Of a stretch of DNA of 64,000 bases, positions 47,182 through 56,740 are shown piece by piece. A program made the position numbers and the translations under genes. The stretch lies in NCBI GenBank assembly GCA_045597525.1, contig JAZLKF010000008.1, positions 16,201 to 80,200 on the forward strand, written 5' to 3'. The stretch's first letter is position 1; each line of letters begins with the position of its first letter. The notes beneath the pieces were generated by a model. It had not been told where the DNA came from. It did no database searches and saw only the letters and a list, made by a program, of their open reading frames with translations. This stretch comes from Fibrobacter sp. (lineage in GTDB: Bacteria; Fibrobacterota; Fibrobacteria; Fibrobacterales; Fibrobacteraceae).

Positions 47182-47206
47182 ATCCCCGGTCAAGCTGGGG
47201 ATGACA
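47182..47206. repeat. REP-like hairpin (atccccggtcaagctggggatgaca)
   Basis: Second copy of the element at 35241-35266. Confidence 0.6.
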
Positions 47207-47215
47207 CGTTCAAAC

Positions 47216-47767
47216 CTACTTACCCAAGAGGCGCTTGCGGCGGATGGCAGCTGTAGGATGTTCCCGGTACATCAGGGCAAACACAGGCGTATAAGGAATT
47301 TCGCATTCCGCCAAATTGCGAAGAGCATTCTTCACAATATTCTTTTCTACACGTTCAAAAGCGTAGCGGTCTGCTTCCAGTTCCTGCCCCCAGCAATAAG
47401 TGTGAAACACAATGCGTCCGGGAATGGCAGCCAAATGAAGCCACACGAAAGCAACCCAAAAAGGCATTTCGTAGCGCCCAATCACAAGCGCAATCAGACC
47501 CAGCGAAAGCATAAGCATTACGACCTTCACCAAATTGCGAAGCAATCCATGATGCAATTTTTTGTGGGCTTCCTCGTGGGCGGCAGCAAACTTTCCCTCT
47601 TCAGGGTCCCTGCGATGTTCCGGCAAAGGAATAAAATCGTTCACCAGCGGAATCACACGAAGAATGGAAAAGACCCCGCCACGAACCTGGGTAGCGCGGC
47701 GTTCACGAATCTCCAGTACAATGCGAAGAATCACTTCCATTATCAGCAAAGTCAAAAGCCAGATCAC
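47216..47767 (-). CDS. small M48-like zinc metallopeptidase, membrane bound
   Basis: HEEAH (HExxH) in AAHEEAHKKLHHG, downstream ELEADRYA, and three or four hydrophobic helices. Confidence 0.5.
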   Translation of the reverse strand: MIWLLTLLIMEVILRIVLEIRERRATQVRGGVFSILRVIPLVNDFIPLPEHRRDPEEGKFAAAHEEAHKKLHHGLLRNLVKVVMLMLSLGLIALVIGRYEMPFWVAFVWLHLAAIPGRIVFHTYCWGQELEADRYAFERVEKNIVKNALRNLAECEIPYTPVFALMYREHPTAAIRRKRLLGK

Positions 47768-47779
47768 AAGTGCCTCAGC

Positions 47780-49660
47780 TTAGTTTTCAGTCTTAACCAA
47801 CTTGGCAATGGCATTCAGACGGCGAAGTTTTTCTTCCACTCGGGTCTTTTCCCATTCAGTAAAGCCCTTGTCCACCGGGTGGGCAGCATCATAGTCGTCG
47901 AAGATTTCACGGCCACGTTCGAAGTCCTTGTCCAGACCATGGGACACACGTTCAAACCATTCCTTTTCCAGCTGGCGATAACGCTTTACCAGTTCCTCGA
48001 AAGATTCCGGCAGAGGTACCACTCGGACAATGTCCTTGTTGGCTTCGGTAGTGATTATGCGGCGCAGTTCCTTAACAGGCTGATTCTGCAGAGAGCTATC
48101 ACTTACAACCAAAGTAATGATGGATTCCAGAACGAAGCGTTCCATGTACTCGGCGTAAGTATGCAAGGCCTGCTGGCGCACGCGTTCACGCAGGAAGTTT
48201 TCACCTAGGCCATCAATGTGCTCCTTGGTATAAACATCGCGAATAACACTGACCTGCAAACGGCAGTATGCATCGTACACATAGCGCAAGGTTTCGGCAT
48301 TAAAAATACTGCAAAAAGATGCAGGTACAACGCCCTTGCCGCGAATGGAATACTTGTAGGCGTTGCGGTCCAAAGCGTAGGCATTGCGTGCGTAGTTCCA
48401 GCCTGGCACAATCTCGTTCAGCTTTGCAGGAACGCCAATCAACTGCGGGTCACCGGGGCGAATCAGGGAGAAGGGAAACTTCACACGCTGAGGCAAGGTG
48501 GTGACACCAGAAGCGATCAAGGTAAAAGGAGATTCCCGATAGTTGGCAGGGAACTTGATGTTCACCCCAAGGCCAAAGAACAAACCTTGGCCCGGCATTA
48601 CTTCCTGGTCCGGCATACGGCCAGTGTGGTTACTACCGACATTTGCACCATAGCCAAGATTACCGCAGCCCTCAGGCCACAAAGCGGCAATCAACAAGGA
48701 GTGGTGGTGCATCTGAGTCATGGGGCCCATGTAGGAACTGTTCACTTCGCCTTCTTCGATATGGCAGCAGGGAGCCACAATAGAAGACTTAACGATAGCC
48801 TTGCAAGCCACCTTAGTACGACCCATCAAAACAGAGCCCTGAACTTCGGCACCAGTATGAACGGTAACGCCCATCTGCACATCGGAGTTTTCAAGAATCA
48901 CGGAATCGTAAATGTGACTCGGTTCTTCCAGAGAACTTAGAATCACTGAATTTCGAATCTTGGCTGCGCCTTCAATACGTGCGTGCTGGCCAATCCAGCT
49001 GTTGCGAATAATGTTGGTATTGCTTACCACAGCGCCCTTGCCGATAACGCCAAAAGGCAAGGCAGTTTCTTCACGGTAAGTCTGCAGCTGGTCTGCAAAA
49101 GCCTTGGACACTTCGGCATCCGGTCTATTGAAAAGCTGGACATCCACCAGGTCCGTAGTAATCTCGGGAAAAACCAAAATACGGCGGCCACCCATTTCGT
49201 TTCCGACACTCATGGAAGAGCCGATCATGTAGTTGATCTTTCCGGAACTGACCAAAGAACCGACGTTCTGCACCACAGCACCAACACGAATCAATTCATT
49301 GGACAACATACCTACACGATAGACCAGGGCATTTTCAATAATGCAATTATGGACCAGGCTGTCGTAAATACCGGTGGGATAGGAAATATCACCCGGCAAA
49401 AGCAAGGTGCCAAAGAAACGGGGCAGATAAACTTCACCAGCGAAAGTGGAGCCATGAATACGCATGGGATCGAAGTCCTGATCCACAAGGACCTTAGCCC
49501 AGGATTCGGAACGGTTCCCATTTTTTACCAGCACCTGAATTTCAGCTTCGGTCAGAGCGCGGTACTTGGAGGTTGAAGCCTTGATCGCCTTGAAATTTTC
49601 CACGGCGGAGGCAAAAACACTATTCTTTAGGACTTTTTTCAATTTCAACAATCGCTGCAT
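47780..49660 (-). CDS. left-handed beta-helix (hexapeptide-like) protein, probably DUF4954 family
   Basis: Repeated [LIV]-G/x hexad-like runs through the middle (GAVVSNTNIIRNSWIGQHARIEGAAKIRNSVILS...). Size of about 626 aa. The family name is from memory. Confidence 0.4.
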   Translation of the reverse strand: MQRLLKLKKVLKNSVFASAVENFKAIKASTSKYRALTEAEIQVLVKNGNRSESWAKVLVDQDFDPMRIHGSTFAGEVYLPRFFGTLLLPGDISYPTGIYDSLVHNCIIENALVYRVGMLSNELIRVGAVVQNVGSLVSSGKINYMIGSSMSVGNEMGGRRILVFPEITTDLVDVQLFNRPDAEVSKAFADQLQTYREETALPFGVIGKGAVVSNTNIIRNSWIGQHARIEGAAKIRNSVILSSLEEPSHIYDSVILENSDVQMGVTVHTGAEVQGSVLMGRTKVACKAIVKSSIVAPCCHIEEGEVNSSYMGPMTQMHHHSLLIAALWPEGCGNLGYGANVGSNHTGRMPDQEVMPGQGLFFGLGVNIKFPANYRESPFTLIASGVTTLPQRVKFPFSLIRPGDPQLIGVPAKLNEIVPGWNYARNAYALDRNAYKYSIRGKGVVPASFCSIFNAETLRYVYDAYCRLQVSVIRDVYTKEHIDGLGENFLRERVRQQALHTYAEYMERFVLESIITLVVSDSSLQNQPVKELRRIITTEANKDIVRVVPLPESFEELVKRYRQLEKEWFERVSHGLDKDFERGREIFDDYDAAHPVDKGFTEWEKTRVEEKLRRLNAIAKLVKTEN

Positions 49661-49691
49661 ACCATAAAAATAGACTAAATTCTACCCGAAA

Positions 49692-50174
49692 ATGAAAGAG
49701 TTGCTTTTTAATTTGATTGGAAAACACAAGTATGATATTTCTATCTACACAGAAGAAATATTTGAACGCCGTTGCCAAGAAGAAATTATCCGCAGTGACG
49801 AGGACAATAGCTCCTTTGTCTACATTGAATTTGATTTCGAGAACATAAAAAAGCAGCTAAGCAACGAAGAGGACTACAACACCTTCTGGGAAATGTTCCT
49901 CACTTCACTGCACAAGAGCAACCGAGGTTCCGACATCATCGGATTGCTGGAACACGAATCCGGCATCGGCATGCTTCTTTTGGATTCCAAGATCGAAGGC
50001 TGGAACCGCGTCAAAGGACGCATCGAACAAACTTCCATCAGCCACGACTTCAACAAAGCCAAGGAAATCCTGGACAAGGCAGTAAGACCCATCGTCTATC
50101 CGGCTTGCATTCAGCCCGCCGAAATTAGCGCTTCTGCAGAAAACGCACTTTCTACAGCAGCCACCTCCCTGTAG
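49692..50174 (+). CDS. hypothetical protein, possibly a degenerate GGDEF-like fold
   Basis: RGSDIIGLLEHESGIGMLLLD loosely resembles R..D..gR.gGDEF..ll. Weak. Confidence 0.25.
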   Translation: MKELLFNLIGKHKYDISIYTEEIFERRCQEEIIRSDEDNSSFVYIEFDFENIKKQLSNEEDYNTFWEMFLTSLHKSNRGSDIIGLLEHESGIGMLLLDSKIEGWNRVKGRIEQTSISHDFNKAKEILDKAVRPIVYPACIQPAEISASAENALSTAATSL

Positions 50175-50176
50175 CT

Positions 50177-51439
50177 ATGGTTAAAAAAGTTCTAGTCATC
50201 GGGTCCGTGTACCCACGCTTCCATGAAGATGCGGAGGTGCCCTGGCTCCGCGCGTCCGTCGCACATTTGCGCAGCGCTGGAGTTGATGTTCAGGTTTTGG
50301 CCCCCACGTACAAGGGGCTAAAAAGTCATGAAATTGACGGTGTAAAGGTTAATCGTTTCCGCTACGCTCCCAAGGACTGGGAAATGCTGACCCACGAGGA
50401 AGGCGCCCCCAGCAAGATGGCTTCGAAACCCTGGCTGCAGTTGCTTGCCATTCCCTACATCATCAGCGGTTTCTTCCGCTGCTTGAACCTGTGCCGCAAA
50501 TGGAAGCCCGACGTCATTCACGCCCACTGGCCGTTCCCCCATGCGTTCATTGCACTGGGCGCCGCCAAGCTTTTCCGTATCCCGCTGGTACTGAACTTCC
50601 ACGGGGCAGAACTGCTCCTGATCCGCAAGAAGAAATGGGTAAAGCCGTTCCTGAAGTTCGCCATCAGTCAGGCCCAGGCTGTATTTGCAAACAGCAGCTT
50701 TACCGCAAGCAAGATCAAGGCGTTGCGCAATGTGGAAGTGGAATGGAGCCCCTATGGAACAACCTTAGGCTCCGCAGCAGTGGATGCCGGCGAGAACGAC
50801 TTTAGTAAGAACGTCTCAGCCCCCGCAGCCCACCCCATCAACGGCAAGTTCAAGATTTTATTCGTGGGCCGCCACATCGAACGCAAGGGTATCTGCTACC
50901 TGATTGAAGCAGCCAAGTACCTGCCCGCCGACCAGTTCGAAATCCGAATCGTAGGCGTAGGCGACCTGACCGAAGAGCTGAAGAAGCAAGCACAGGAAAT
51001 AGCCACCTCCGACGAGGCCATAACCGGCAACGAATACGGCGGACCTTGCGACATCATCTTTACAGGCAAGCTTTCGCCTGAAGATCTTGAAGCCGAGTAC
51101 AGGAACGCCAACGTCTTTACGCTGCCTGCCATCGTCGATAGCAAGGGCGATACCGAAGGTCTGGGCGTCGTGCTTATCGAAGCCATGGAACTGAACCTGC
51201 CCATCGTTGCAAGTAACGTAGGCGGTATTCCCGACGTGGTTGTAGACAACGTAAGCGGACTGCTGGTGCCGGAAAAAGATCCCCAGGCATTGGCTGAGGC
51301 CTACAAGCGCCTTGCCGCAGCCCCCACTCTCGTCGCAAACCTTCTCGCAGGCGCCCGCAAGCGCATCGAAGAATGCTTCACCTGGGACGGAATCATTGAA
51401 CGCCAAATTGCAGTCTACAACAAAGTCTGCAAGAAATAG
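50177..51439 (+). CDS. GT4-family glycosyltransferase
   Basis: EGLGVVLIEAMELNLPIVASNVGGIPDVV (E-x7-E region). N-terminal GT-B half. Confidence 0.75.
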   Translation: MVKKVLVIGSVYPRFHEDAEVPWLRASVAHLRSAGVDVQVLAPTYKGLKSHEIDGVKVNRFRYAPKDWEMLTHEEGAPSKMASKPWLQLLAIPYIISGFFRCLNLCRKWKPDVIHAHWPFPHAFIALGAAKLFRIPLVLNFHGAELLLIRKKKWVKPFLKFAISQAQAVFANSSFTASKIKALRNVEVEWSPYGTTLGSAAVDAGENDFSKNVSAPAAHPINGKFKILFVGRHIERKGICYLIEAAKYLPADQFEIRIVGVGDLTEELKKQAQEIATSDEAITGNEYGGPCDIIFTGKLSPEDLEAEYRNANVFTLPAIVDSKGDTEGLGVVLIEAMELNLPIVASNVGGIPDVVVDNVSGLLVPEKDPQALAEAYKRLAAAPTLVANLLAGARKRIEECFTWDGIIERQIAVYNKVCKK

Positions 51440-51456
51440 TTTTTTTAGGAGGAGAT

Positions 51457-52290
51457 ATGTTGGAAAACAAAGAAATCATGAATTTGGCTCGACGCCGTCT
51501 GAGTGGCAATTGGCTCACCCCCATTTTTGCAAGTATCCTATTTATTGTTGGATACATCTTTTTGTGGGCAATTGTATACATGCCCATAAATTCACTCTTT
51601 GGTGAAAATACAAGTTCCATAATCGATATTGTTCTAGAAATTTTACTTATCGCTCCAACTTATATTGGCTTTGCCTACTTGTTCTACAAGATTGTAACCT
51701 CTGACGACGCCAACATCGCTGACGCTTTCAAGCCTGTGGGATTTATATTCAAAAAAGATAAGCGCAAAACCTACTGGCGCAATCTTCGTGCACTTTTGTT
51801 CTTAGGGGTTTGTAGTGTAGTGATCTACGGGATTTGCTTCATACCCATGTTCTTCAGCCTTATCGGTAGCCAAGATCAAGTAAATAACTTAAATGGTTTT
51901 TTCTACGTTACCTTCGCAATTTCCATGATTCTCTTCAGTATCGCCATGATTCTTTTTGGTCCCACTTACAACACATTCCTATATAAGTTGGCAACGGATG
52001 AAAGCATCAATGCGATTCCCTGTCTCAAACAATCCTATAAAGTCACTGTGGGAAACCGTTATCAGTATTGGTGTCTTAACTTCCGTTTCATTGGCTGGGC
52101 GCTACTCTGTTGCGTCACCTTCGGTATTGCACTCCTATGGGTCGTTCCCTACATCTACACATCTTACACTATTTTCTGCAAGGAACTATTTGATAAATAC
52201 AACGCCACTACCACAGAGAACACATATGTCTCTGCAGAAGACACCCTGAAAGAAGAATCTCAAAAGGAAGAAACTCTTCCCGAAGAATAG
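51457..52290 (+). CDS. DUF975-like integral membrane protein
   Basis: RRRLSGNWLTPIFASILF opening and about five TM helices. Acidic tail. Confidence 0.45.
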   Translation: MLENKEIMNLARRRLSGNWLTPIFASILFIVGYIFLWAIVYMPINSLFGENTSSIIDIVLEILLIAPTYIGFAYLFYKIVTSDDANIADAFKPVGFIFKKDKRKTYWRNLRALLFLGVCSVVIYGICFIPMFFSLIGSQDQVNNLNGFFYVTFAISMILFSIAMILFGPTYNTFLYKLATDESINAIPCLKQSYKVTVGNRYQYWCLNFRFIGWALLCCVTFGIALLWVVPYIYTSYTIFCKELFDKYNATTTENTYVSAEDTLKEESQKEETLPEE

Positions 52291-52336
52291 CTTCGAAAAT
52301 ATCTGGTTAAAACCTTAACCACCCTAAAAATCAAAA

Positions 52337-52367
52337 ACTCGTCGGCAGCACCGGCGAGTTTTTTTTC
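52337..52367. terminator. bidirectional terminator
   Basis: aaaaACTCGTCGGcagcaCCGGCGAGT followed by T8, between convergent genes. Confidence 0.75.
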
Positions 52368-52414
52368 ATTTGCAATTTTCGTCGCAAAAGTGCGCGACAC
52401 CTGCGCGATAAATT

Positions 52415-53650
52415 TTAGGAAGCGCTCTTTTCCAGGTCCTTATTGGTCATGGCGCAGACGCAGGAATCGGACCAGACGTTTTCTGCAGTTTCAATCATGT
52501 CAATGATTGCGTACAGCGGAAGGATCACGCCCATAACGCCGATGTTTGCGTTCATGCCCACCATGAGGGAAAGGGTGAGGAAGTAGCAGCCCATAGGCAC
52601 GCCTGCGTTACCCACAGCGCTAACCACGGAAATCAGAACCCACATCAGCATGGTGCCGATGGAAAGCTCGATGCCGCTATTCTGCATCACAAAGAGGCTG
52701 GTCACCAGAATGAAGGCAGCACAACCGTTCATGTTGATGGTGGTGCAAATGGGGAGCACAAAGCGGGAAACTTCCGGATTCACCTTCAGGTTGTCTTCAG
52801 CAGACTGCATAGTCACAGGAAGAGTAGCAGCAGAACTCTTGGTGAAGAAAGCCATCATCACAGCGGGGCTCATCTTCTTCAGAACATGGAGCGGGTTGAG
52901 GCCGCGAGCCAAGAGGAACAAAGGCAGCACCACGCAGAACTGCAGGACGTTTCCGCCCATGACCACAGCCAGGTACTTACCCAGAGAACCCACCACAACG
53001 CCTGCGCTCACCTGTGCAGAAAGCTGGGCAGCAAAGGCCACGACGCCAAGGGGCAAAGCCCATACAAGTGCGCGAATCAAGGTGAACAGCAATTCACGAA
53101 GACCAAGGATTGCCTTCATCAAGGCGGACTTGTTTTCGGATTCCGGCATAAAGGCAAGGCCAAGGCCCACGGCAGCAGCCACCATCAAAATGCCAAGCAC
53201 ATTACCGCTGAGGAAAGGCTGCACCATATTGTTGGGCACAACACTCAAGAAGTGGTCATAGTAGCTCATGGCACTCAGGTTCTGAGGCACGTCGCCAGCG
53301 GCGCCACTCACCACATCCATAGGCAAGTTACCCGGAGCAATGACCAGGTAAAGAATCAGGCCAACTGCAGCGGCTGCGAAAGTGGTAAGGAGGGTGTAAA
53401 TGATGGTGCGGCCAAAAATGCGGCCAGTGTTCTTCTTGACACCGAGAGCAGAAAGGGTGGTCATCAAAGCGAGAGCGATGGTGGGAACCGCCACAAACTG
53501 GAAAAGACGGGTGTAAACAGAGGCAATAAAGTTCACCAGGTTTACAAGGCCTTCGCTCTTGATAAGACCCAGGAGGGCACCTACGATCAGGGCCACCACC
53601 CAAATGATAATCTGCTTTTTCGGGAAAGATTTCGGTTTATTAGTTGTCAT
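52415..53650 (-). CDS. dicarboxylate/amino acid:cation symporter (DAACS family)
   Basis: FFTKSSAATLPVTM and TTINMNGCAAF motifs. ATG at 53650 with an aggaaa RBS. Confidence 0.75.
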   Translation of the reverse strand: MTTNKPKSFPKKQIIIWVVALIVGALLGLIKSEGLVNLVNFIASVYTRLFQFVAVPTIALALMTTLSALGVKKNTGRIFGRTIIYTLLTTFAAAAVGLILYLVIAPGNLPMDVVSGAAGDVPQNLSAMSYYDHFLSVVPNNMVQPFLSGNVLGILMVAAAVGLGLAFMPESENKSALMKAILGLRELLFTLIRALVWALPLGVVAFAAQLSAQVSAGVVVGSLGKYLAVVMGGNVLQFCVVLPLFLLARGLNPLHVLKKMSPAVMMAFFTKSSAATLPVTMQSAEDNLKVNPEVSRFVLPICTTINMNGCAAFILVTSLFVMQNSGIELSIGTMLMWVLISVVSAVGNAGVPMGCYFLTLSLMVGMNANIGVMGVILPLYAIIDMIETAENVWSDSCVCAMTNKDLEKSAS

Positions 53651-53704
53651 GATAGTTTCCTGTTTTTTCCTCAAGATAATAAATGCACTAGACCCTCGCC
53701 AAGG

Positions 53705-54295
53705 CTACAACAAAATCATGCCTACCACAGCGGCCACCACAATCATCTTGATGGGGCCCACTTTTATTTTGCGGTCTTTGATGGTAAATCCCTTGGTAAA
53801 AATGAATGTAAAAACAAACAAGGACACAGCCACGGCAAAATGCCTAATGTCTGAGGGAGTGCTAAAATTCTCGGAATTGGTCAACATCAAGACGGCGGCA
53901 AGCAACAGCCCCACCACCACAGGGCGCAAACCCTTGAACACTGCCTGCACATTGGGGTGATTGGCGTACTTCATAAAGAAGCGGCTAATGAGCAGCATCA
54001 AAATCAGGGACGGCAGCACCACGGAGAAAGTGGCAACGCAACTGCCCAGCACACAAAGCCAGGGTTCCGCACCCGTATTCTGCAAGGCGGTAAAGCCTGC
54101 GTAAGTGGCGGAATTGATTCCGATGGGTCCCGGAGTCATCTGGCTAATGGCCACAATGTCGATGAAGTCCGAAGAAGTCATCCAGTTGTGATTGAAAACC
54201 ACCTCACGCTGGATCAGGGAAAGCATGCCGTAGCCGCCGCCAAATCCAAAAAGACCTATCTGGAAAAAGGTAATGAACAGCTGGAGGAAAATCAT
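53705..54295 (-). CDS. chrA: chromate transporter (CHR) half-protein
   Basis: FGFGGGYGMLSLIQREVV...EFIDIVAISQMTPGPIGIN. Confidence 0.75.
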   Translation of the reverse strand: MIFLQLFITFFQIGLFGFGGGYGMLSLIQREVVFNHNWMTSSDFIDIVAISQMTPGPIGINSATYAGFTALQNTGAEPWLCVLGSCVATFSVVLPSLILMLLISRFFMKYANHPNVQAVFKGLRPVVVGLLLAAVLMLTNSENFSTPSDIRHFAVAVSLFVFTFIFTKGFTIKDRKIKVGPIKMIVVAAVVGMILL

Positions 54296-54936
54296 TTCTT
54301 TTCCTCCGAAGTTTCAGCATTGGACGTTTCGGCGTTGGAATTCGTCGGCGAAGCCTCAGGTTTATTACTGCCGCGGCCAAAAAGATAACCACCAACACCA
54401 GCTGCCAGAATAATCAGAACCGGCGACACGCCCAATAGCCAAATCAACAAGGCGCTGACCACAGGAATCCAGAACGTGTAACGGTTCAGCTTCGCCTTCT
54501 TCGCAAGGTTAAATGTGGGCACCGCAATCAGCGCCACCACAGCGGGGCGAATCCCGCGGAAGGCCGCTGCCACAATCTCGTTGTCCTTGAACTGATGGAA
54601 GAAAAGAGCAATCAGCAAAATGATGACGAAGGAAGGCAGCGCCGTGCCGATGCAGCAAGTCAACGCCCCCTTCACACGCCTCAGACGATACCCGATAAAG
54701 ATGGCGATGTTGGCCGCAAAAATCCCAGGGCAGCTCTGGGCAATAGCCATCAGGTCCACGAACTCGTCGTGGCTCACCCACTTCTTCTTCTCGATGACCT
54801 CCGCCTCGATCAGCGGAATCATGGCGTAGCCCCCGCCAATGGTAAACAATCCAATCTTGAAGAACGTCAAGAATGAATCGAGGTAAATGTTACGGGATTT
54901 TTCGGGCATAGGCCAAAGATAGAAAATCAGTAGCAT
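54292..54936 (-). CDS. chrA: chromate transporter (CHR) half-protein
   Basis: FTIGGGYAMIPLIEAEVIEKKKWV...LMAIAQSCPGIFAAN. 4-nt overlap with its partner. Confidence 0.75.
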   Translation of the reverse strand: MLLIFYLWPMPEKSRNIYLDSFLTFFKIGLFTIGGGYAMIPLIEAEVIEKKKWVSHDEFVDLMAIAQSCPGIFAANIAIFIGYRLRRVKGALTCCIGTALPSFVIILLIALFFHQFKDNEIVAAAFRGIRPAVVALIAVPTFNLAKKAKLNRYTFWIPVVSALLIWLLGVSPVLIILAAGVGGYLFGRGSNKPEASPTNSNAETSNAETSEEKK

Positions 54937-55001
54937 TCACACTACTGATTTAAAACATACATTACTCAATACTATTAACTGCAGAATCTTAAAATAGGCA
55001 C

Positions 55002-55385
55002 TTACTCCAGCGAGCAGGAATTTACTTTTTTCTCTGAAGCCTGCGGGCTTGAATGAGAGCATTCCCATTTACTAATACTTGCGGCGCAACGTTCAACATT
55101 ACCACAATTTTGCACACAGGCGCCCATAAGATGATATTCAATAAGGATATCAAATCTTTCGCAGCTATTGTCACTCGCTGCCTTATAAATAACGCCACCC
55201 ACTATAATACCTGCAGTAACAGCTTCTTCGGGATGGTCTGCTATAACTTGAGCGCCTTTTTTCGCAAGACTAGAAACCCTTGACCAAAGGCTAGCCTTTG
55301 GAGGTTCTTCCTCCAAGCTATCTTGCTGCGCAAAAATATTAGATACAAATACCAGCAACGTAATTATCAATAAAATCTTTTTCAT
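55002..55385 (-). CDS. small secreted/anchored Cys-rich protein, paralogous to the C-terminus of 55835-56374
   Basis: Signal peptide MKKILLIITLLVFVSNIFA. ggagg RBS. Gly/Val-rich segment AGIIVGGVI, then C..F.ILIEYHLMGAC..C....CA..IS...C. Confidence 0.5.
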   Translation of the reverse strand: MKKILLIITLLVFVSNIFAQQDSLEEEPPKASLWSRVSSLAKKGAQVIADHPEEAVTAGIIVGGVIYKAASDNSCERFDILIEYHLMGACVQNCGNVERCAASISKWECSHSSPQASEKKVNSCSLE

Positions 55386-55397
55386 TCTACCTCCGGA

Positions 55398-55820
55398 TTA
55401 AAAATCAAATTCGTCCTTACCCTCACTATTCTTAGGAAGCCTATACTTTTTATCTGCCTCCTCTTTTTCCAACGGGTGCAAAACTTCTCGTCTAAAGGAA
55501 TCCATTACATCTTGGCCCAAATTTTCCACAATCCATCGTTTCGGATCATCGGATTCTCTTTCCTTTAAAAACTTTTTTAGCTTGGTTAAGAAAAAAATTG
55601 CAGGACCAATTCTGTTTTTAGGAACATTATTCCAATATTTTCTTTCTATGCAATTTGCATAGACAAAGGCATCATCAGATGTTTTCTTTTTTGATTCGTC
55701 TTTGGGATACTTCTTAAAATACTCCGTTACCGCCTGAGAATACTTCATACCCCTAGCATTAAGCATTTGCTCAACTTCACCATGAATATTTTGCAAATTC
55801 AATTCTTCGCCTAAAGACAT
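55398..55820 (-). CDS. hypothetical cytoplasmic protein (140 aa)
   Basis: ORF sits tightly between two operon neighbours. No motif recognised. Confidence 0.4.
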   Translation of the reverse strand: MSLGEELNLQNIHGEVEQMLNARGMKYSQAVTEYFKKYPKDESKKKTSDDAFVYANCIERKYWNNVPKNRIGPAIFFLTKLKKFLKERESDDPKRWIVENLGQDVMDSFRREVLHPLEKEEADKKYRLPKNSEGKDEFDF

Positions 55821-55834
55821 ATCCAGTTCGTTCC

Positions 55835-56374
55835 TTATCTAAAATCAATTGGGCAACTTTCCACATCAGAGCCAACAAACTTCGGATGCTTACACAAATA
55901 CTCGCTGATTTTTTTCGCGCAGCTTTTTACTCCATAGCCGTTATACTTGCAACAATCCATCAGGTAATATTCAGATTCAAGACTATATGTAGCGCAGTGA
56001 GTTGTTAAAGGGGTATCGACCAAGTCTCCAACCACAACTCCAGCAGCAAGACCAGAAGCCACAAGAATAACGCCTTTCTTTGAAGGTTTCTTCGGCAAAT
56101 TTGAAGCTTTAGCAGCATCTCTAGCTTTTGATGCGGCTTTTTGAGTAGTTTCCTTCAGTTTTTCAACAATCTGGGCATCCTCAAGGAATTCCTTAGTTCT
56201 TTTTTTCGACACTTCTGCAAAGGACTGACCCGCTTGTTTTGCCTTTGACCCAACATCAATGGCTTTTTCACGACCTTCCTTGGCCAATTCACTCGCCTTT
56301 GAGGCGGCTTTTTTAGCAGAATCCTTCAAATTTTCAAAAAATTGGCGTTTTTCCATAATTCTTTTTTGACCCAT
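55835..56374 (-). CDS. helical Lys/Ala-rich protein with one TM segment and a Cys-rich C-terminal domain
   Basis: Likely ATG at 56374 or 56356 (the track start is a TTG). GVILVASGLAAGVVVG, then C.TYSLESEYYLMDCC......C.KKISEYLC. Confidence 0.45.
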   Translation of the reverse strand: MGQKRIMEKRQFFENLKDSAKKAASKASELAKEGREKAIDVGSKAKQAGQSFAEVSKKRTKEFLEDAQIVEKLKETTQKAASKARDAAKASNLPKKPSKKGVILVASGLAAGVVVGDLVDTPLTTHCATYSLESEYYLMDCCKYNGYGVKSCAKKISEYLCKHPKFVGSDVESCPIDFR

Positions 56375-56460
56375 TTTGACCCATTCTGTTGTTCTATGAT
56401 TGTAAACATCAAGGGAATCAACCACCAAATATTAACAAATAAAACAAAAGAGAGGTTCAC

Positions 56461-56694
56461 ATGCTTCACATTTCCACCAACAAGCGTATCAACGAGTACG
56501 TCAACAACATCTTGAAATCTGGTGATTGGGAAATTCGACATTCCAAACATTTTGTACTCAAGCACAAAACCGGCGTGGTCTTTGTAGTTCCGCCTACGCC
56601 TCGCCGCAACAACAACTGCTTTGACATTTTCATGGAGCAATACCGTCGCGCCCTCCGCAAGATTTTTGAAATCCAAGGGGTATTACAAAGATAA
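56461..56694 (+). CDS. small basic protein with HicA/YcfA-like features
   Basis: gagagg RBS. GDWEIRHSKHFVLKHKTGVVFVVPPTP resembles the G.....GSH..f.h..g....vp.H core. Weak. Confidence 0.3.
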   Translation: MLHISTNKRINEYVNNILKSGDWEIRHSKHFVLKHKTGVVFVVPPTPRRNNNCFDIFMEQYRRALRKIFEIQGVLQR

Positions 56695-56740
56695 CTAGGA
56701 ACACAACGATATATATTTATTCAAAAAAGGAGAATTCAAA

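Noticed and set aside
46968-47193. Small ORFs at 46968-47153 and 46972-47193, and the 5' extension of the 45989-47059 ORF.
   Set aside because: They lie entirely within the tandem REP-like repeats. The BatD-like gene has a proper signal peptide starting at the ATG at 46976.
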